A DNA stretch of 64,000 bases from Octopus sinensis (Eukaryota), in assembly GCF_006345805.1 (NCBI RefSeq), contig NC_043013.1, forward strand, positions 37,510,001 to 37,574,000, in the 5' to 3' direction. This document shows, piece by piece, positions 54,213 to 64,000 of this stretch. Within the stretch, counting starts at the first letter, position 1; each line of letters opens with the position of its first letter. The notes beneath the pieces were generated by a model. That model was not told the DNA's origin. It saw only the letters and a program-made list of their open reading frames with translations, and did no database searches. The translations under genes were made by a program, and so were the position numbers.

Positions 54213-54479
54213 TGTGTGTAAAGAATATTGTTTCCCAATAACATGGGGTTCCCAGTTCAGTCCCACTACGTAGCAAGTGTTTTTTTTATACAACAGTCAT
54301 AGTGTCAATCAAAGCTTTGTGAATGGATTTGGTTGAAGGAAACTGAAAGAAGTTCCTCATATACATATGCGTGTATGTATGTGTTTGTGTTTGTGTGTAG
54401 GCTTACAAAGTCCAGCATGGATTCGCTCGATTAAAGGTGCTCCATCATGGCCGAGTCAAGTGACTGAAGCAAGTAAAAG

Positions 54480-54485
<6 letters not shown>
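54213..54485 (+). mobile_element. SINE-A, internally deleted
   Basis: CAGTTCAGTCCCACT, GGATTTGGTTGAAGGAAACTGAAAGAAG, tail GGTGCTCCATCATGGCC..GACTGAAGCAAGTAAAAG. Confidence 0.8.
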
Positions 54486-54557
<72 letters not shown>

Positions 54558-55599
54558 TGTGTGTGTGCGTATTTATAATTGTACGCGGTCCACTCCAACG
54601 CTACACAAGCTGGGTTGCTTTGCTACTTACTTAGCAGTTCGCGATAAAATAAAATATAAGTACCAGACATTAAAAAAACTCTGGGTTCCATTCGTTCAAC
54701 AAAAACCTTTCCAAATAGTGCTACAATATGGCCACAGTCCAATGAGTGAAACAATAAAAACGTAAAAGGATGAAGGATCAATTCTTGAAATAAGGTCAAA
54801 AACGGAACAAAACACTAAAGACTTGTTGCTCAAACTACAAACACCACCTCGACAATCAACGCCGCTGCCACCACCACCACCAACAACAACAGCAACAACA
54901 ACACCATTACAACAACAACAAAATAATTTGATTATATTCCCAATTATATCTACGAACCAGAAACGAATATAATAGTACATTGAGACTCGATATATCGGCA
55001 ATGAATTATGATTTGCGCAATTTTCCGGCGTTTTTTACATACATCAAAATTTCTTTCGCGAAAGAAAAAAATATATATGTTAATGGATGAAGACCAGTAC
55101 TTCATCACCATTGCCTGCGTCTATATATTATTATATAAGCTTCATACACCAATGCAAATATATCAATCATTAGATTACAACATGCCAAAGTCGACGGCAT
55201 GTCGTAAAGGTTGTTTACAGAGAGAATTGGTTGCTTAATAATCAGATTTGTCAACTAGATTTCCAAATGTCTCTAATATTATGATTGGTAGGAAGCCACT
55301 GCAAATGCGATTGACGATAAAGTAAAACTTTTTAATTGGCTTGCTCACTCGTAGTCGTACAGTAACACGGTACGCGCTTTCGTGACCCATGATAAACAGA
55401 TATCGTCAACCTTATCTCGATGTGGTCGCCTATTGAGTCAGAATTTTCATATACAGGCATAGATACATTATCATCACATACACACACACACGCACAATCG
55501 TACACAGATGTACACACAAACACTCATATATGTGTGTATGTATGCATGTATATATATACACACATATATATACATATATACATATATATATAAATATAC

Positions 55600-55640
<41 letters not shown>

Positions 55641-55827
55641 CATACATTCATAGATACACAGAGATATATATAAATATATATATGTGTATATTGTATACAT
55701 ATTATTCGTATAAATATATACATAAATACACATATATATATGCATATACATCTTTATGTATTTCTACGTATATATTTATATAGGTATGTAAACGTATGAG
55801 CATATGTATCTATCTATCTACTTATAT

Positions 55828-57380
<1,553 letters not shown>

Positions 57381-57425
57381 ATATATATATTAAAGAGAAA
57401 AAGACTTATAATTTGATATATATAT

Positions 57426-57480
<55 letters not shown>

Positions 57481-57529
57481 GTGTGTGTATGTGTATGTAT
57501 GTGTGTGTGAGTGCGCGTGTAAGGGTGAT

Positions 57530-57571
<42 letters not shown>

Positions 57572-58113
57572 AGATAGATTGATAGTTTCGATATATTTAT
57601 ATGTTCTGGTGTGAGTGGTTCAGCAATCATTAACGTGACGATGCAACCAAAGAAAATTGATGGCTTGTAAACAGAAACATTAGAATATTTATCGCCACTG
57701 CTTCTGTTCTTCTTTGGCCGTTTTATTGCGAAGTTTGCCGATTTATATGGTTGAAACATGGGTATTTTAACAAAACCGATATTCAACACCTGCTAAATAG
57801 AGTTTCTGAAGCAAGTCTCCTTCAAAACAGATTTTTAATGGTCTACTAATAAAAAAAAAATAATTGTGAAGATGTAAAGACAAGTGGAAGAAAAAAAAAC
57901 AACTAAAATCGAAGAGATTCTCATAAATAAAGATACAACGGATAGGTAGAAGTCCACAAAATTTGCAGGGGGTGGAGGGATAGATTAAACCTCATTACTT
58001 GAGTCGCACTTACTTATTTCTTCTATGTGCCTAGCGAATATTACAAAATAGTGATTCCTAAAACACGTGTGTGTCTGTGTGTTTAGTTTTGTATATACAT
58101 GTACCGCTACCCA

Positions 58114-58179
<66 letters not shown>

Positions 58180-58345
58180 CACAGATACACACAAGACGGG
58201 CTTCTTTTAGGTTTTGTCTGCGACATCGACTTATAACGGGTTAGCTGGCCCGTTATAACTAGAAGTCCATAGTAGTCACTTACTGAAGGTGTTGCATACT
58301 GTGTATGCATGTATGTATATATATATGTGTATGTATGCATACATA

Positions 58346-59567
58346 CACTCAGACATGACAGAAGTGAATAGACACTCCATAAAACATCTTTTTATGTTTA
58401 CTGTAAATTGAAAAGTTTCGTATATTTTATTAATCGACATTTTTCTGTTTCTAGTTTTCTGTGTGATTGTTTAATCATGCCATGTACAAAAGAAGGCTTG
58501 CAACTGTCTTAATTTCCAAGAAGCCTATCATGTTTTAATTTTAGTGTAAAATCACAGAAAACCTTGGGATCCCACTTTCCACACTAAATAGAGTGATTGT
58601 TACCAGACAGAGGAAGAAGTTCACATCACTTCGCCCAAGTCGACCAGGATTCTCTGATAAAACTCTTACGAGAAGTGCGGAGGATAATCCTCGTTGCAAG
58701 GCCTCTGACATAGCAGAAGTTGATTCAAGTCTCAGAACAGCTGTCAGGTATCTCCACAAACTTGTCTACTCTGCTTGAGCGGCAAGAAAGAACCTATTTC
58801 TTCGACCAGCCATTAACAAGCGGAGAAAAGATTGGACCAAGGAGATGGTGGAGATGCCACTAGTATTTTGGGACTCTGTCATCTTCTCCGATGAGTCCAT
58901 ATTTGCTGTATTTTCTGACAGTGGTCGAGTGTGGGTCTGGAGACACTGTGATCAAGAATTTCACGTGGAAAGATTGCAACCGACAATGAATCACGACGGC
59001 TATTCCGTGACGGTCTGATGACCAATTTGGAGCAATGCTCGATCAGAGGTAGTGAAGCGTTAGAGAAACATAAACTCAGATAGACGTGCTCATATTGCAG
59101 AAAGGACACTTTCCACCCTTTTCCAGTGGTGAAATGATTAAAGAAGACCCTATTTATGGAAGATGGGACTCCTTGTCACATTGTGAAAAAGACCCATGAC
59201 AGGTCGGAATAGAATGGCATTAAAAAGACTCCATGCCCATGCCGGTCACCAGATATGAACGCTATTGAACACTTCTGGAGCATAATGAACAGAATACTTT
59301 GTGAAATGAACATGAGGCCATTCTCAAAGCCAGAAATTTTGAGATTACTGCATGAAACTTGGCAAGAAATTCCTCAAGGAAATATTCATCATATGATCAG
59401 CAGCGTGTCAAACAGGGTCTTTGCATTGAAAAATGCAGAAGGACATGGCTGCTAAATATTAGATACTCACATTATAATAATTAATAAATAATTTCAATGT
59501 TTTCTTTCAGATTTAGATAAATTTTAACGACAAATGGATGACTATTTAGTTTTGTCATGTAGGTGTG
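58346..59567 (+). mobile_element. Full-length decayed Tc1-family transposon (DD34E)
   Basis: TA on both flanks; TIRs 58346-58375 and 59538-59567 match 22/30; HTH ENLGIPLSTLNRVI; FSDES (D at 58890); MEDGTPCH (D at 59162); SPDMNAIEHFW (E at 59267) with exactly 34 intervening codons; stops and frameshifts present. Confidence 0.92.
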
Positions 59568-61129
59568 TATATACATGTGTATGTGTGTGTGTTCGAAAGG
59601 AAAGTAGATATATAGGGTATCAGCGCACCATAACACCTCGATCATAGTTTTGGACTCTGCTACTAACTGCACAACAGCAATAGTACTTTTATATATGATC
59701 ACAGGGCAAGCTGTTAGTCCATTCCATCGATTCTTTTCGTGACTAGTATTCCACGTTATCGACTTCTGAATTATGAACAGTAATATCAACTCTTGGGTTA
59801 AAATTCAGAAAATATAGTACCGGAGGGTATACTGTAAGGCCATTTTTTAAACTTCTTTGGTCACAAGATTATATTGTCAGAAGGAAAGTGAATATCTATC
59901 TTCTGGGTTTCCCGATTCTACATGGTGCGTCTTATGTCCATTTCCCCTTGAGTCTGTGCCTTTTGTTGCTAATCATTTCTGATGTGCGTGAATCAGTGAC
60001 CATCTGAAAAATTATCAAATATTCCATTGGTCATATTGTGTACTTTCTACAATCTAGCTTTCTTTGTTTTCATCACATTCTTGATATACCACCTGCTGTG
60101 TTAGGACATCAGTTTCTATGTATACCGCCTACACGGTTACGCTACACTCGACCAGTGGAGAGAACGCGAACAGCATCTAATTATCAGAGGCCCCCTTGCT
60201 ACGCTTGTTGTGAGCTGTAGCACGCCCGTGCTATAAGAGGGCCAATCTCTTTATCGGAAAGAATCCCTGCCATCTAGCTGTAAGACGATACAGCGCCAGT
60301 AGGGTGCTGGTCTTTGGTATTTTGCTGTCATAATGACGAGATGGTGAAATATATTTTTCTAGGGAGTATGTCTCGCAAGGTTGTTGGTAAGAAGACTTGA
60401 CACCGAGGTGGCAAATCTCTAGTCTCTATATAACTGATGTTGTTCAAAATAAGGTCGAAGGTCAATAGCATTTGGCACCAATAGAGTTTGTCTTTGTACA
60501 AGCTACAATAATGGGCTTGACACCGATGCCCTACCTTACAGAATATGATATCTGATTTGTTCTTGCATTTACTAAAGTCACCAATTTCATGCGGGAACAT
60601 GAATGCAAATTAGAGGAGATTCGAAGTCTGCTTTTACTTGCTCTTAAACGTATTGACATCCGTGATCTTTACTTTACGAACGATACCTTTTCATATATTT
60701 GTTCTGTATCGAGTTAAATACACTCCCTTGTCATTCTTACTATCAGAAACTCATTATATTTATGATATTTCTGCTGGTGGGCACTTAAAACCTATGATAC
60801 TATACTTACAAAACTGCGATATGTAAACTGAAAAAAAAAATCAAATGATTACACTAATCGTTAAATGGTGAAAGTAGCAAAATTAATTTAGTATTATTTT
60901 TGCACTTATATCGCTGAAAGAAATGTACTAAATCTACTGATGATATATACTGACATATCACCAACGAAGATAGAAATAGTATACATGATTAATGTATAAA
61001 AGACGAATGCTACTAGGGGAATAACAGTCGATACTAACAACTTCATTTCATGAGTATGCCGGTAATGAATTTATGATAGACTTACCAATTCTAAAACAAC
61101 TTAAACAAATTAACTTACCAGAGCAAGAA

Positions 61130-61183
61130 CAACGACGACGACGACGACAAGAACAACAACAACTACTGCTACTACTGCTGCCG

Positions 61184-61253
<70 letters not shown>

Positions 61254-61269
61254 ACTACTACTACTACTT

Positions 61270-61320
<51 letters not shown>

Positions 61321-61779
61321 AAAATAATAATAATAATAATAACAATAATAATAATAACAATAACAACAATAATAATAATAATAATAACAATAACAATAAT
61401 AATGATAACAATAACAATAATAATAATAACAACAACAAAAACAACAATAATAATAATAATAATAATAATAATATTAATAATAATAATAATAATGATACTG
61501 ATACTTCTATTTTGACGAGCCCGATGATGACTAGGATGATGATGATTACGATTATAATGTTGACGACGGTAACGACGACGAAAACAACGACGACGACGGC
61601 GATGATGATGATGATGAGGAGGATGATGATGGAAAAAGGAGGACCGGGGAAAGATGAAAAGGTAAACAATGATGACAGTGATGTCGACGACAACGGAGAA
61701 CGGTACGACTACGACAACGGCCACGATAATAAAAACAATGACGACGGTGATGATGATGGGGACGATGACGATGACGATT

Positions 61780-61838
<59 letters not shown>

Positions 61839-62260
61839 GACGATGATGATGATGAAGACGATGATGATGGTGATGATGATGATGAAGAGGAGGAGGAGGA
61901 GGAGGAAGAGGACGATGACGCCGACGACACTGCTGCTGCTGATGATGATGATCATGTGAGTGATGATGATGATGATGACGATGATATTGAAGACGACGGT
62001 GACCAAACGACAACATTCTAACGACGAAGTTCATGATGATCGTGATGATCACAATCACGAACATAATGATGACGATGATGATGATGATGAACATGTCCAT
62101 GACGACAGGGAAATTTTGGTATACGGTGCCACGCTGTTGCAACTAATACTGGTGGCGACGACAACGACGACGACGATGATGATGATGATGATGATGACGA
62201 TGATGAGGATGATGATGATTATTATGATGATGATGATGTTGATGATGATAGTGATGATGA
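61130..62260. repeat. Compound (GAC)(CTA)n(AAT)n(GAT)n tract
   Basis: Direct reading; source of the 298-aa and other low-complexity ORFs. Confidence 0.95.
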
Positions 62261-63354
62261 AGATCAAGAAAGAGAGGAGTGTGCAGAAGGGGAGGGAGAT
62301 TAATGGTAGCATTATTATTACTAATGATTTCTAATGTTTATATGTTGATTACTAATTTAATAACAGTATTAATAATATTTAATATGAATAGAGATAAATT
62401 TAACTCCACTGGTAATAAAATATTAATAATAATGATGATTTCTTATCACATCTTCATGTCACAAATGGTACAAATGAATGATGTACGACGTAGATTGTTA
62501 AATAATTCATCTGTACCTTGCAGCAATCTTCATCAAATCATTTGTAGCTTCTTTGCCTTTTAATGATTTGTAAGTCTATATGAGAACTAGATGCATAAAT
62601 AGAGGAAAGAGAGGAGGGGAGAGATGTGGTGAAGGAGAGGGGATGAGTAAGACAAAGAAAGACGAAATGACACCCACCCACATACATTTATCAATGTATT
62701 AAACGGTTATATATATATATATACATATATATATGCGAGGTATTGGTATCCAGAAGTCCCAAGTTGGAAGATAAAGCTAAATGAGTGCCATGGAAGGACC
62801 GTAGTTAAACTCTCGGTTCGATACTAACGCGAGTGAAGAATCTAATGCCGGTCATATATAAGCATGAATATATGAAATCAAATGAGTCAACAAAGACAAG
62901 GCTATGTGGAATCTTCAGGACATTTATTAAGAGAAAGTTAGTCTTATAGCAGGTTCTGCGATATTAGGGATAGTCTTTCGGCAGAGACGATGTGAGATGG
63001 ATAACTAGAAGGTAATAACAGAGTTCATTATAACGATGCGACTCTCTGCCGTATACCGTTTCCCTCCTCCATTCCTCTTTTAATTCCCTTTTTCTCTGTT
63101 TTCGGTCTGTCTGCCTCTCTCTCTCTCCCGCCTTTCTCTTTGTCTCTCTTTCTCTCACTTTGCTCACATGTGGTCATCGTCCATCTTTCTTTTCATTGCG
63201 TGACCATCTTCCTTTTCCTGCACGGACGTTTAAAAGAACGGACGTGTTTATTTGTCTCTCTCTTCTGTCATTTTTCTTTTCAAAATATAAAAAAAAATGT
63301 TTCTCCCAGCTTCCATTTTTTTTTGTGAATTCTCCCTACACACACACACACACG

Positions 63355-63390
<36 letters not shown>

Positions 63391-63514
63391 GCTTTTAACG
63401 TTAGGCGTAATTTGTTGTTTGTTTAAAATATGAAGAACTACATATTCGAGAAGCTGACTATATTGCTGTTTCCAGTTTAAATTATCACTTAAAAGTTTGT
63501 TGTAGTACTGGACG

Positions 63515-63589
<75 letters not shown>

Positions 63590-63615
63590 CAGCAGCAGCA
63601 GCAGCAGCAGCAGCT
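63515..63615. repeat. (AGT)n converting to (AGC)n
   Basis: Direct reading. Confidence 0.95.
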
Positions 63616-63916
63616 GCAACAATATAGTAGTAGAATTTTTATTAGCAGCAGCAGCAACAATATCAAGAGTAGCAGAAACTGCATCGTTAGTTGTAAATGT
63701 TGTTATTGTTGCATTTCATGTCCATTATTTTTATGACCGTTATTTGATTTTTTTTCAATATTCTAGGTTATTTTGTTCATCGTTTCTTTAGATTTATTTG
63801 TTTTCATATGTTTATTTTATTTGTTTCCTCAAATGACATTAACCTTGCTATATTATTTGTGATATATTTATTTATCGACTGTCGCCTTTCTGACATCGGT
63901 ATAGTCGTATATATAT

Positions 63917-63959
<43 letters not shown>

Positions 63960-64000
63960 GTACTTAGATACACACACACACGCACACACACATACATATA

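Noticed and set aside
58231-58258. Perfect 10-bp hairpin TTATAACGGG/CCCGTTATAA
   Set aside because: Lies in a decayed SINE-A fragment, single occurrence, no function inferable.

Overview
Eukaryotic, AT-rich, microsatellite-saturated DNA with no confidently callable intact gene. The SINE/LINE/microsatellite make-up resembles an octopus (coleoid cephalopod) genome; this is inference from repeat style and was not searched. Nearly all long ORFs in the supplied track are translations of simple repeats. The window holds about 25 tRNA-headed SINE units in four families (here called A-D), two CR1/L2-group LINE RT relics and the 5' half of an L1/Tx1-like LINE. It also has two different Penelope-like GIY-YIG relics, a full-length decayed Tc1 (DD34E, TIRs, TA TSD), two maT/DD37D-like relics and a ~1.5-kb element with ~215-bp inverted arms. 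Best leads: (i) minimal type-I hammerhead ribozyme folds at 2837-2895 and 43998-44033 (the latter a core variant) in non-coding repeats, in a window that also has Penelope-like endonuclease relics; (ii) an orphan 78-codon exon-like ORF ending in a reprolysin-type AHELG motif (5417-5655); (iii) a LINE whose 3' tail matches SINE-A; (iv) SINE-B multimers with recurrent identical junctions. All identities were counted or estimated by eye.
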